Origin: a virus
Strand: one strand, 5' to 3'
IMG/VR virus record: IMGVR_UViG_3300027804_002057
Length of the DNA: 64,000 nucleotides
Made by a program: the position numbers and the translations under genes. The notes under the pieces are model-generated. The model was not told where the DNA came from, made no database searches, and saw nothing but the letters and a program-made list of their open reading frames with translations. This document shows positions 47,051 to 56,898 of this stretch, piece after piece. Each line of letters starts with the position of its first letter. Within the stretch, counting starts at the first letter, position 1.

Positions 47051-47082
47051 CAAATATACGAAAAAATAATTAGATTTCCAAA
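47051..47082 (-). promoter_or_regulatory. Bacteroidota-type promoter for the tmRNA
   Basis: TTTG-N20-TATATTTG, 13 nt upstream of the mature 5' end. Confidence 0.78.
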
Positions 47083-47441
47083 TCTTTCTTTTGTTTGAAT
47101 TGTAAAAGATTTGGTAGATACAATACTAATTTAGGAATTTTAGGAGAAACTAATTTAATTGCTTTTGAATTAGAATCTTTAATTTGGTCATCAGTTCCTT
47201 TCAATCTCCAATTAAGATTTACTTTTGCAAAAAAAGGATTATCAATAACTTTACTAAATCCAATATAATCAACTTCATATATTTCTGATTCGGTATCATT
47301 TGCTTTTTGAACAAAGTATCTAACAATATATCCTCTTTTATAATCAATTTCCGCAGGAGTTGGTATATGTGTTTTTACTTTAACACTTTGATAAATGGAA
47401 TCTGGCTTACCAACTTTCTTATATCTGTTTAAATCAATCAT
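47070..47441 (-). CDS. Hypothetical protein in the baseplate cluster
   Basis: PTP..DYKRGY..RYF; position after the hub gene. Confidence 0.65.
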   Translation of the reverse strand: MIDLNRYKKVGKPDSIYQSVKVKTHIPTPAEIDYKRGYIVRYFVQKANDTESEIYEVDYIGFSKVIDNPFFAKVNLNWRLKGTDDQIKDSNSKAIKLVSPKIPKLVLYLPNLLQFKQKKDLEI

Positions 47442-47449
47442 ATTAATAA

Positions 47450-49726
47450 TTATCTCGATAATCTAAATCCACCTTCGATTTCGGTTTTCCAAAGCATTCC
47501 ATCAATTACATGCTTTACCGATGTTACTTGGAAAAATCCATTTGAATATCCAGCTGGTAATCCTGTAACCATAAACTTATCACCTCTTTTTATTCCACTA
47601 ACACCATGTATACTAAAACTAAATTTTATTGGCATTAATGGACCAGTACCCCCAGATTCGGTTCTTACTGCCTTTACATCATTTTGTTTTTTAAAGAATT
47701 CAAATACGGCTTGGTCATTATATGCAACAATAAAACAGCTTTCACTAAGATTTGCCGAAAAATCAAATTTATCATCCTTATCGGGTCTAGGCATAAATCC
47801 AACTTTATCTAAAAAGAGTTGTAAATTTTTTCTTTTTGCTTCTTCAACTTCTTCTTCAGATGGCCCTTCAGCTGGCGTTGATGGTTGTGCAGGTGGTTCT
47901 TCTCTTTTTCTTATTTCTTTTAAAATTTGGTCATCTTTATCCGTAAACAAACCTTTCTTTTTTGATTTAATATCCTTTTGGCTTCCGTTTATACTTTGCC
48001 CCAATCTATTACCTATAATTTGGTTCATTTTTGCACCACTAATATCTAAATCTAAAGATGCATCAATGAATATAGAATTGTATCCATATAAATCAAACGT
48101 AAATGGAGTATCATTACCAGTTGCAGTTAAATTTAAATCTACAACTTTTAATTCTTCTTGATTTTCATCTGGTATAATTTGGAAATCCCAAAGTCCACCA
48201 GCTGCCCCAGCCATACCATTTAATATTTGATACAAACCATCCTTTATTGAAAAGTTTTTGGTTTCCAATATACCTTTAGCAAAATCTAAATTTACATAAA
48301 GGTCTTCCAAAAATCCCCACTGTCCTTGCTCTTTATTCAAACCTATAAAAGTACCATCTATTTTTTTCTGAACATTCTTTCCAGCAGCAACACCATCTGA
48401 TATAGTTCCTAATGCTGGGAATTGTATAACAGTTCCAGAAGGGTCTTTTACAGAACAATCATCTGTTGCTTCATCACTAACACCATTATCTGTTTCACTA
48501 TTTGCTGCTTTAACAATATCAAATTTAGGAGCTGTTTGGTTTGGTATAAATAATTTTTTCTTATCAGTACTAAATATTTTTCCAAATGCAGTACATACAC
48601 TATTTTCTGTATTTATTTGGGTTTTCAAAACTTTACCACCAATTACAAATCCTTCCATACCAATTTGATTTATAATTTTCATTAGTGTACCAAATTTGAT
48701 AAAAGCATCATCTTTAATAATTTCAGTTCCCGATGGAAATTCTACATTAGCCGTACCACCACCACTTTCAAAAGTGGCTTCTTCATCATTCAACGAAAAT
48801 CCTAACAATTCAGTACCAGCCGTACACTCATTAACTTTTGCTTTTACAGTTTCATCAACATTAATAAAATTTGCGGCATTTGCAACTGTTGGGTCATCTA
48901 TCAAAGACTGAACTCTAAGTGTTCTTCTATTTGATGGTAATCTATTGAATGCCATCATAAAACGTTTCCTACCCAAATCAGATTCAGCAGATATTTGTGA
49001 TGTACTATATTCAGGTGCTGTTTTTTTATTTTCTTCAGAACCTTCTTCTTCCGAATTATCAGCTCCCATAAAGTATGCAGGTAATTCGGTAAATCCAGTA
49101 CATTTTACTGTTATCTCATATGTATCACCATTTATTGAAATACTTCCACCCGTTATAAATCCCAAATAGTTATCGTACATACCACCACAAGATTCCCTAG
49201 CTTTGTTTACGTTATCAAATGTTTGATAATTTGCTATGGTGTTTACATTTAATTTTGAAGAATATGCTTTTAGTGAACGAGCAACATTAAATCCCCATTC
49301 AATAAAAATAGAATAACCAGGTTCTAAAAAATATTCACACAAAGTATCAAGTTGTCCTTTGGTATAAGCTACTATTGTGAATGTTGCTTTTCTACTTAAA
49401 GTACCAGCTCCCTCATCTATTTCCATAGATGAAATATTTGGTTTTGGTCTAAATACAGAATCATTTGCAGCTGCATTTACTGCAGCCCCACCCCAAGTAG
49501 TACCCAATGTACCACTACTCTTACCACCACCATAAATTGAAGCCTCGCCAGCTGCACCAAATAATTTAAAATTTGGATTTGATAATATAACAAGTCCATT
49601 CCCAACTCCAGAAGAAACTCTTACCCAAGCATTAAGCTCTGATATTTTTTGTATATTTTGTTTTCTGGAGTTAAGTTCGGTTTTTACATAACCAGCTATG
49701 TTTGAAAAATTAGGAAAACTACTCAT
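47450..49726 (-). CDS. Putative baseplate hub protein
   Basis: Follows TMP, initiator and LysM-like genes; C-terminal SI.GVSGIKRGD.F...FQVTSVKHVI..W.TEI resembles hub folds. Confidence 0.6.
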   Translation of the reverse strand: MSSFPNFSNIAGYVKTELNSRKQNIQKISELNAWVRVSSGVGNGLVILSNPNFKLFGAAGEASIYGGGKSSGTLGTTWGGAAVNAAANDSVFRPKPNISSMEIDEGAGTLSRKATFTIVAYTKGQLDTLCEYFLEPGYSIFIEWGFNVARSLKAYSSKLNVNTIANYQTFDNVNKARESCGGMYDNYLGFITGGSISINGDTYEITVKCTGFTELPAYFMGADNSEEEGSEENKKTAPEYSTSQISAESDLGRKRFMMAFNRLPSNRRTLRVQSLIDDPTVANAANFINVDETVKAKVNECTAGTELLGFSLNDEEATFESGGGTANVEFPSGTEIIKDDAFIKFGTLMKIINQIGMEGFVIGGKVLKTQINTENSVCTAFGKIFSTDKKKLFIPNQTAPKFDIVKAANSETDNGVSDEATDDCSVKDPSGTVIQFPALGTISDGVAAGKNVQKKIDGTFIGLNKEQGQWGFLEDLYVNLDFAKGILETKNFSIKDGLYQILNGMAGAAGGLWDFQIIPDENQEELKVVDLNLTATGNDTPFTFDLYGYNSIFIDASLDLDISGAKMNQIIGNRLGQSINGSQKDIKSKKKGLFTDKDDQILKEIRKREEPPAQPSTPAEGPSEEEVEEAKRKNLQLFLDKVGFMPRPDKDDKFDFSANLSESCFIVAYNDQAVFEFFKKQNDVKAVRTESGGTGPLMPIKFSFSIHGVSGIKRGDKFMVTGLPAGYSNGFFQVTSVKHVIDGMLWKTEIEGGFRLSR

Positions 49727-49729
49727 AGT

Positions 49730-50017
49730 TTATTTTGTAAAATTATTTTCTATTTGAATATAGTTTAAAGGTATTCTTAATATAGTACCATCTTTTAATC
49801 CCATAGGAGCATCATGTATATTATTTGCAGCTGCTATAACCCACCAAAGAGATGCATCTTCATAATATTCAAACGCAAGAGTATCCAATCTATCTCCAGT
49901 TTCTGTCATTACATATACATCACTATCTGTCAATGGAATATTTGGGTATATTTTTGGTCTAAATACCTCTCTACCATCAAAAGTTTTTTTCGTTGTATTA
50001 TTTGTATATCTACCCAT
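49730..50017 (-). CDS. LysM-like baseplate wedge protein (gp53/gpX-like)
   Basis: GDRLDTLA..YY.DA.LWWVIA.AN...G..LRIP. Confidence 0.85.
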   Translation of the reverse strand: MGRYTNNTTKKTFDGREVFRPKIYPNIPLTDSDVYVMTETGDRLDTLAFEYYEDASLWWVIAAANNIHDAPMGLKDGTILRIPLNYIQIENNFTK

Positions 50018-50018
50018 A

Positions 50019-52436
50019 TTAACTTACATTTGAACTTGCTTCATAAAATTTACCTTCTTCATCCGAATAATATCCCATTCTACTTAATTGCCATTTTAAA
50101 GATGCCTTTACCGCTGGTTCTCCTTCTGTTAAAGTATATTTTCCATTTTCGTCTGTAAAGCTATTAGTGAACCCAAGGTAATATCCTTTTTCGCCAATTT
50201 TTTTGCCATCAGCATATATTTGACCATAAATAGTATCACCCTGAACATAGGTTTCTACTTTATAAGAAGGTAATTTTGGTTTTTCTATTGCTGATTCATT
50301 TTCTTTTTTATTTGTTGAATTTGTTGTAGTTGTATTATCACCAGAATTAGTTACACCTTTACCAGAATTAAGTTCAGAACTATTTGGATTTTTAAGTTGT
50401 TTTGGTTTTAATTTCTTAACCTTTGTATTTACTTCTTCATCATTTGTAGTGGATAATTCTTCTGTATTATTAGCATCATCTAACTTTTGTGAATTTGTTG
50501 TTGCTGCTCCAGCACCAGATTGTGCTTTTGGTAATTTATCAAATCCGTAAAAATTACCAGCAGAAGATGTACTAACAGATTCAACAAATTTTAATGTAAT
50601 ACTTACATCTACAATTATTGGTAATTTGTAATCTTTCATTAAAGCCGTACTTCCATTTATTCCAACCGGTGAATCTTCACCAACACCAATAGAACCAATT
50701 TCCCAACCACCATTATCATCCATAGTATAACTTAATGATTCTATAAATGCATTTTTGTTTTTATATAAATTTCCCAACGTAAATGTTACAAATGGTGGTA
50801 TAGCATATGCACCACTATAACCTTGTGGATATGTTAGACTTGTTAAAAAATTCAACCTTTGCCATGCAGCAACATGCTGTAATGGTGTTGTTGAATATAC
50901 TTTAAAATTAAAACTTACACTTCTTTCTATACCACTATATGTGTAATAACTATATGGATTTCCTATAAATTTTGCAGAATCCCAAGATGGTGATACCGTT
51001 TCACTAATACCAGTTACAGTTGCTCTAAAATTAACGCTCTGCCCCGTTCCCTTTGACCTAAACTTTAATGTTATAAAATCATAATCATCTAATATTGTAC
51101 CATCTTTAAGTTTCAAAGTTTCGCCAGCATATTGTGTTTTTTCATTCAAAAAATCAAGTTTGTCTTTACTCTCAATACCATATCTTGTTTTTAAAGTTTG
51201 ACCTTTTTTATCTATTTTTTTATTTTTAAAAATAGAATATTGATTTTTTGATACATTTGTTCTTGAAAGTGGCGATAATCCTTTTCTATCACCTTCAGCC
51301 AATTCTTCTCTAGCAGTTAATAGACTATCTAAATAAGTTGATAAATCATTTCTTAATTCTATATCATCCGATGTTTCATCTACTGTACCAGAATATGTTA
51401 TTGTTGGGTTTGGTGTTGTTTCTGTTGCTCCTTCTTTAGTATCACCAATTTTTTTACCAATACCTAAAGATTGTTGACCTTCTTTTTTAGCTTGAGATAA
51501 TTTATTTTCAGTTTTTTCTTTTAAATTACCGAGCGAATCTCCCAACTTAGAAAAAGGATTTTTTGCTTTTTCTATACCCTTTCCTTTTGGTACTAATTCA
51601 TCTATTCTTTTATTAACAGCAGGCCCACCACCCAATTCTTTTGTTTCTTGAGCAACTAAAATAGATGAAAGGTCATTTCTACTAAAATAATCTTCATCAT
51701 AAGGATTTATAGTATTTGAATATTTTGCACTACTATCGTATTGTACTTCACTATCACTTTTTTTAGCTAAATTTTGTGCACCTTCTTTTGCTGCCCCAAA
51801 TAATTTTTTCTTAACTGTACTTTTTAGTACATTTATACCAGCACCTAAAACTTGGTTTCCTATTTGTTTTGGAGTACCTTTAGCATTTTGTGCTAATAAT
51901 TTACCAACTAAATTTCCAGCACCATCTCTTTTAATTTTTGCTAAAGTAGCCATTGTATCAGGTTCTTTACCTGCTTTAAAATCAGAATTTAAAGATATAC
52001 GAGTTGGTATTAGTTTTGTAGGAAGTTGTATTCCTATTTTATTTAATAATTCCTGTCCTTTTGCTTTACCCTTTTCAAATAAATTACCAAGCAAACCATT
52101 ATCAGCTGAATTGTTTGGGTTTACGGAATCTTTCATAGCCGTAACCATTTCAGTTTTTTGTGTACTTAATTTAAAAATATCAGTACCATATATTACAGGC
52201 CCAGAAAGTTTTGATATTATTCTTAATCCCGTTACTTCTTCTTCAATTCTTGTTTCTCTTAATCTAGATGATAAATTTCTTCTTGCTACTTGCGCCAACT
52301 TAAATGGTAAATCCATAGCACCAGTAGATGAACGTAACATCATCTCTTTGGCATCACGAATTTCATATTTTTCAGCAGCTGTTTTACCATCCGCTAATTT
52401 TTTCGTCTTAAATAATTCTTCTATTGTTTTTCCCAT
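50019..52436 (-). CDS. Putative tail-tube initiator/baseplate protein
   Basis: FRA..TGISE..SPSW....IG...Y.YSG.ERSVSFNF, P.VTFTLGNLY...FIESLSY. Confidence 0.6.
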   Translation of the reverse strand: MGKTIEELFKTKKLADGKTAAEKYEIRDAKEMMLRSSTGAMDLPFKLAQVARRNLSSRLRETRIEEEVTGLRIISKLSGPVIYGTDIFKLSTQKTEMVTAMKDSVNPNNSADNGLLGNLFEKGKAKGQELLNKIGIQLPTKLIPTRISLNSDFKAGKEPDTMATLAKIKRDGAGNLVGKLLAQNAKGTPKQIGNQVLGAGINVLKSTVKKKLFGAAKEGAQNLAKKSDSEVQYDSSAKYSNTINPYDEDYFSRNDLSSILVAQETKELGGGPAVNKRIDELVPKGKGIEKAKNPFSKLGDSLGNLKEKTENKLSQAKKEGQQSLGIGKKIGDTKEGATETTPNPTITYSGTVDETSDDIELRNDLSTYLDSLLTAREELAEGDRKGLSPLSRTNVSKNQYSIFKNKKIDKKGQTLKTRYGIESKDKLDFLNEKTQYAGETLKLKDGTILDDYDFITLKFRSKGTGQSVNFRATVTGISETVSPSWDSAKFIGNPYSYYTYSGIERSVSFNFKVYSTTPLQHVAAWQRLNFLTSLTYPQGYSGAYAIPPFVTFTLGNLYKNKNAFIESLSYTMDDNGGWEIGSIGVGEDSPVGINGSTALMKDYKLPIIVDVSITLKFVESVSTSSAGNFYGFDKLPKAQSGAGAATTNSQKLDDANNTEELSTTNDEEVNTKVKKLKPKQLKNPNSSELNSGKGVTNSGDNTTTTNSTNKKENESAIEKPKLPSYKVETYVQGDTIYGQIYADGKKIGEKGYYLGFTNSFTDENGKYTLTEGEPAVKASLKWQLSRMGYYSDEEGKFYEASSNVS

Positions 52437-52438
52437 CT

Positions 52439-54961
52439 TTAAGTTTTAGCGTATGAATTTGTACTTAATCTAGAAACTACTTTTCCTATATTAGATGTAA
52501 CTTTTTGTCCATCAATATTAACCGCTATCTTACCAGAATTTAAATCAGTTCTTAATCCTTTTATTTCCGCAATCAATTCATCTGTCTTACTATCACCTTC
52601 ACCTTCACCACCACCCATAATTGCTGCTGCGCCACCTGCTATTAATCCTAAAGCAAGTAATGCTGGAAGTGCTAACATACCAGTAACAGCTACTGCTGCT
52701 AATGCTCCCGATAATACCGTTAGTGCAGTAGCCAAACCAAATATAGGCATAAAGTTAATTTGAGATAATGCGGATATTTGTTCCATTATTATAGGAATTG
52801 TTGGTGCTAATGCGTTTAATGCATTTGTTACCATCATCAATCCTGCTCCAGCCAACATCATAAATGGAGCTGCTGCGCCTAATACAAGCATAGATGCTGC
52901 TAATCCAACCATTCCCAATCCAAATTGAATATATGGTGCATCAGCAAATGCCGTCATACCTGCTGCAAATAATGGTAATGCTTCTCCCATCATTGCCATA
53001 CCTTTTGCTACTTCTTGCGAAGCTATTCCAAACACATAAAATGCTGCGGATGCAACTAATAATGCTGCTGCTCCAATTAATATCATTGGACCAACTGCTC
53101 CTAATATTGCAGCAACACCACCTAATAATGTCATAGCTCCAATACCAATAAATACATTTGCCCAATTTATATCATCACCAAATGCATTAGCTGCTTTAGC
53201 AAATACATAAAGTGCTGCTCCTAATATTAATAATGCTGCTGCTCCTTTAAGTAATGCAGTTGTATTCATTTTACCAAATGCTCCAGCTTTATCTGCTCCA
53301 GGTGCCCCACCACCAGCTGGCGGAGTTGGTGCAGTTGATGGTGCTGCTCCAGGTGCTCCACCACCTTTAAATAATTTTCCTATAACCGGAATCTTAGAAG
53401 CCATTCCCTTCACATCCATACCCATTTGTGCAAAAGAACCGCCCATTTGTGCAGCTCCTAACACCATACCACCCATAGTTTTTAAGAATCCACCAGAAGC
53501 AGTTGCTGCTCCAGTTATAGATTCCCATATAGTACTCCATTGTGATTGCTGAACACTACCATCATCATTTAACTTATCAGAGTTAGCTGCCATCTTTTGG
53601 AATTCATCAACCGATAATCCTAACAATTCGGCTGCTTTTCTCTTTTGGAAAATATCCATTTTATTGAATGCTTCAATACCGCCTAAACTTTGTAATGTTT
53701 CTTTTACAGCTCCACCAATGTTACCTTCATATGCTAATGCTCTTGCTCTATCTAAATTAATATTTTTGCCAAGCATAGCACCCAATTCCATCTCTTGATT
53801 TATTGATGTTTCAAAATCTAGTAGAGAATCAGTAACTTTTGTTAAGGAATCCATACCCACACCAAGCTTAGCTGCTGATACAGCTGCTTTAGCTATATTG
53901 ATACCACCATCCTTGCCATATTCAGCAAATTTCTCAGCTGAACCAGCAACATCTTTCATTACCTGGTCAACAGGAACTCCAGCTGCTTTAGCCATTGATT
54001 TGGTAGTTGCTGCCATATCCATAGCAGTATCTGCTGACATATTATTTAATCTAGCAAAACTACCAACTACATTTGCAGCTTCTTCACCACTAATACCCAT
54101 ATTAGTAGCCATTAAATTGGTATTTAATTGCGTACTAAGGGATACATCCTTTAATCCACCAAATTGTTTAGATAATGATTTTGCAGTTTCTTCTGCATCC
54201 TCAAATATAAAACTAAGTCCTAATGCTGAAAATTGTGCTGAATCAATAAATCCACCAAAACTTCTAATATTTTTTCCTAACTTATCTGCTGCAAATCCAG
54301 CACCTATCAATCCCATACCCAATGCTCCCATTGGTCCAGATGTTAAAATGGATAATGTATCAAAAATACCACCTATGGATTTTTTTATTGATTCATACAC
54401 TTCAACTTGTGCTTCAAGTTGTTCCTTTTGTCCTTCTGTTAGATTTGATATATTTTTTGCAAATTCAAATTGTTGTTTTAAATTTTTTACAATGTGAGAA
54501 TGAATTCCTCTTGACCCTTCTAAATCTGCTAACTCACTTTCTATTTGTTTTTGTATTAATTGTCTTGAAATACTATCTTCCGCCGATAACTGAGCTAATT
54601 GTTGATTTAGGTCCGATATTTTTTCAAACTGCTTAACTTTATCAGCATCCATTTTAAGGTTCTTAGCTTGCTTTTCTACTCTTTGTAAATCGAGCTTTCC
54701 AAGCTGAGTATAGATACCTTTTAACTCTTTTGCTTTTGATTGTTGTTGAGTTAAACTATCGACATAATCTTGAGTTGTTTGTTTTACTTCTAATACTTGA
54801 GAGTTTATTTCTTTCAATTGAACGATAAGCGCTTTATACTCAGGTTTTGCTTTTATGGCAGCTCTAGCCAAAGCATCGCCGCCAGCATCCTTAAGCATTT
54901 CATTCATCTGTTTTTTTAAATCAGATATTTGCTTTTTAAAATCGTTAATATTATCTGCCAT
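52439..54961 (-). CDS. Tape measure protein
   Basis: Helical, Ala/Gly-rich, hydrophobic C-terminal repeats, canonical position after tube and chaperones. Confidence 0.85.
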   Translation of the reverse strand: MADNINDFKKQISDLKKQMNEMLKDAGGDALARAAIKAKPEYKALIVQLKEINSQVLEVKQTTQDYVDSLTQQQSKAKELKGIYTQLGKLDLQRVEKQAKNLKMDADKVKQFEKISDLNQQLAQLSAEDSISRQLIQKQIESELADLEGSRGIHSHIVKNLKQQFEFAKNISNLTEGQKEQLEAQVEVYESIKKSIGGIFDTLSILTSGPMGALGMGLIGAGFAADKLGKNIRSFGGFIDSAQFSALGLSFIFEDAEETAKSLSKQFGGLKDVSLSTQLNTNLMATNMGISGEEAANVVGSFARLNNMSADTAMDMAATTKSMAKAAGVPVDQVMKDVAGSAEKFAEYGKDGGINIAKAAVSAAKLGVGMDSLTKVTDSLLDFETSINQEMELGAMLGKNINLDRARALAYEGNIGGAVKETLQSLGGIEAFNKMDIFQKRKAAELLGLSVDEFQKMAANSDKLNDDGSVQQSQWSTIWESITGAATASGGFLKTMGGMVLGAAQMGGSFAQMGMDVKGMASKIPVIGKLFKGGGAPGAAPSTAPTPPAGGGAPGADKAGAFGKMNTTALLKGAAALLILGAALYVFAKAANAFGDDINWANVFIGIGAMTLLGGVAAILGAVGPMILIGAAALLVASAAFYVFGIASQEVAKGMAMMGEALPLFAAGMTAFADAPYIQFGLGMVGLAASMLVLGAAAPFMMLAGAGLMMVTNALNALAPTIPIIMEQISALSQINFMPIFGLATALTVLSGALAAVAVTGMLALPALLALGLIAGGAAAIMGGGEGEGDSKTDELIAEIKGLRTDLNSGKIAVNIDGQKVTSNIGKVVSRLSTNSYAKT

Positions 54962-54969
54962 TTTTTAGA

Positions 54970-55182
54970 TTATTCGTAATCTTTTAACATTTTTTGCAAT
55001 TCCTTAGCAAGTTTATCAATATCATCCATTTTCTTAACAATTGGAATTGGCATATCTTTGCTTTTCTTTGCTTTTTGTAATGCTGAATTTATAGCATTTG
55101 TTTTTAAACCATCAAAAAATGCATCTGAAAATTTTTTAGCCGTTCCAAATAATCCTTCTTGTTGTATTTCTTTGTTAGACAT
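54970..55182 (-). CDS. Hypothetical protein
   Basis: 70-aa ORF downstream of an ATATTTAT motif. Confidence 0.6.
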   Translation of the reverse strand: MSNKEIQQEGLFGTAKKFSDAFFDGLKTNAINSALQKAKKSKDMPIPIVKKMDDIDKLAKELQKMLKDYE

Positions 55183-55217
55183 AGTTTTATTAGTTATATT
55201 CTATAAATATTGGCAAA

Positions 55218-55251
55218 TAAAAAAGTGAGGATATTAACGCATCCTCACTTT
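55218..55251 (-). terminator. Intrinsic terminator overlapping the stop of the chaperone extension ORF
   Basis: AAAGTGAGGAT-N8-ATCCTCACTTT followed by a T-run. Confidence 0.7.
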
Positions 55252-55464
55252 CGGTGTTTTCATTTTAGATTGAGCTTTTTTAGCTTCTTCAGCTTCTTTT
55301 TTCTTCAATTCTAACAACTTATTGAAATAGAATTTACGAAGATACGTTGGCATGTAATAAACCTCTGACCAAGTAAATCCATTACTAAACTGAACCATTT
55401 CCCAAATTTGGGTATGAAGTTGAGTTCTATAATCAGTTGGAAGGGTAAAAAAAGGAAACCCCAA
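55234..55464 (-). CDS. Tail/baseplate assembly chaperone extension (gp51/T-like), possibly expressed by frameshift
   Basis: GFTWSEVYYMP..LRKFY; only an overlapping TTG start; overlaps the upstream gene across a T7 run. Confidence 0.7.
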   Translation of the reverse strand: MGFPFFTLPTDYRTQLHTQIWEMVQFSNGFTWSEVYYMPTYLRKFYFNKLLELKKKEAEEAKKAQSKMKTPKVRMR

Positions 55465-56248
55465 ATGGTATATCCAGCGCCTCCGTTTCGCCAGATAAAT
55501 CTGATGTGAATTGGAATTTCATATCCAAATCAGGTGATATTTCTTTTACATATGCTCTAAATGCTTTAGTATCCTTTGCTAAGAAAGAATTTACTACCCA
55601 TCTATTTACAAATCCTCTATCTTCATTTCCATCAACTGATACAATCATATATTTTAATCGAGTTGTTACATCAAAAGAATTTCCAGAGTTTTTATTTAAT
55701 TTTTCCAAAGCTTGTACTTCTTTTGTAATCTCTTGCTCATCACCATGAGTTAAAAGCTTAAATACAATTTCTTTTCCGTTTGATGGTAATTTAAATGTAT
55801 ATTTATTTTTAGAATTTAAAACACTCTCATCAATATCTTTTGTTTGTACCTTACCCAAATCAATTACTGTATCTTGCTTTTCTAAAGTAAATGGGTCAGT
55901 AATTTCAACATGATAATCAGCACCATATCCTAAAATACGAGTAGCCATTAAAATAGCGTTTTTATCACCAATGAAAACGTCATTAGGATTAACACCAGGT
56001 TCAACTAATACTGATTCAAATAATTTGTCTAATACAATACCTTTTTTAATAAGGTTTTGGTTTGCAAGAATATCTTCTTCTCTTGCTGTCATATACTTTA
56101 TCTCACAAGTACCCTTTCTTAATGGGTGTCCTTCTGGATAAACCAATCCTTTAGATGGTAACTCAATTACTTCCGTAGGGAAATCAAATTTAGGAGTTTC
56201 AACCTGTCTAGGTGTTGGATTTTGTTGTGCAATATTAACTTCTGCCAT
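55433..56248 (-). CDS. Baseplate hub/tail assembly chaperone (T4 gp26-like)
   Basis: IELPSKG..Y, MTAREEDIL, GDKNAIL...RILGYG, C-terminal SFF. Confidence 0.78.
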   Translation of the reverse strand: MAEVNIAQQNPTPRQVETPKFDFPTEVIELPSKGLVYPEGHPLRKGTCEIKYMTAREEDILANQNLIKKGIVLDKLFESVLVEPGVNPNDVFIGDKNAILMATRILGYGADYHVEITDPFTLEKQDTVIDLGKVQTKDIDESVLNSKNKYTFKLPSNGKEIVFKLLTHGDEQEITKEVQALEKLNKNSGNSFDVTTRLKYMIVSVDGNEDRGFVNRWVVNSFLAKDTKAFRAYVKEISPDLDMKFQFTSDLSGETEALDIPFGVSFFYPSN

Positions 56249-56305
56249 AACTTTCTATCTTTTTAGTTTGTATATATAAATACATAAATCTAAAAAAATT
56301 GGAAA

Positions 56306-56335
56306 TAAAAAAGGGATACCTTTTGAGTATCCCTT
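56306..56335 (-). terminator. Intrinsic terminator after the tail tube gene
   Basis: AAGGGATAC-N7-GTATCCCTT plus a T-run on the minus strand. Confidence 0.75.
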
Positions 56336-56356
56336 AGTTTTATAGTTTTTCTTAGA

Positions 56357-56845
56357 TTAGAATTCAAGAATTGCGTAATCGTAAGCCAATGATAATTCAA
56401 TTGTTGCGGGTTCATTAGAATCGAAAGAAACATCACCAAAGTTTGCAGATACGATAAATGCACCTTTTAGTTTCCATTGTTCAATCTTATCACCAACAGG
56501 ACCTAGCATATAGAAATCAATATCTTTTTTATAGAAATCTGCATATCCACGTCTACCAGTGATTGATTCGTGTCCTAAACGTACCCACTCCATTACCGCT
56601 TGTGCTCCAGATGGAACAATTGGGTCATATAGAGTAATGGTAATATCTTGCCACTCACCTTTACCTTGTAATTTTCTTTTGATATTGATGTGGTCTAACA
56701 CAACCGGCTCAAATTGAATTGAAGGTCTAGCTGCCGCCTTTACCATATATGAAGGAATTCCATCGATTTCCATCACATATCTATTTTTCATCTTAGGTTC
56801 GAAGTTCGTATAGAACATCTTGTCAAACTCTAGTATTTCTGCCAT
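56357..56845 (-). CDS. Tail tube protein (T4 gp19-like)
   Basis: EPK..NRY, GK.EW.DI.ITLYD, EQWKLKGAF, L.LAYD; follows the sheath gene. Confidence 0.9.
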   Translation of the reverse strand: MAEILEFDKMFYTNFEPKMKNRYVMEIDGIPSYMVKAAARPSIQFEPVVLDHINIKRKLQGKGEWQDITITLYDPIVPSGAQAVMEWVRLGHESITGRRGYADFYKKDIDFYMLGPVGDKIEQWKLKGAFIVSANFGDVSFDSNEPATIELSLAYDYAILEF

Positions 56846-56898
56846 TTTATTGTCCTTTTATTTTATATTAATAAATATCAGTTTGCTTCAAATTCATA

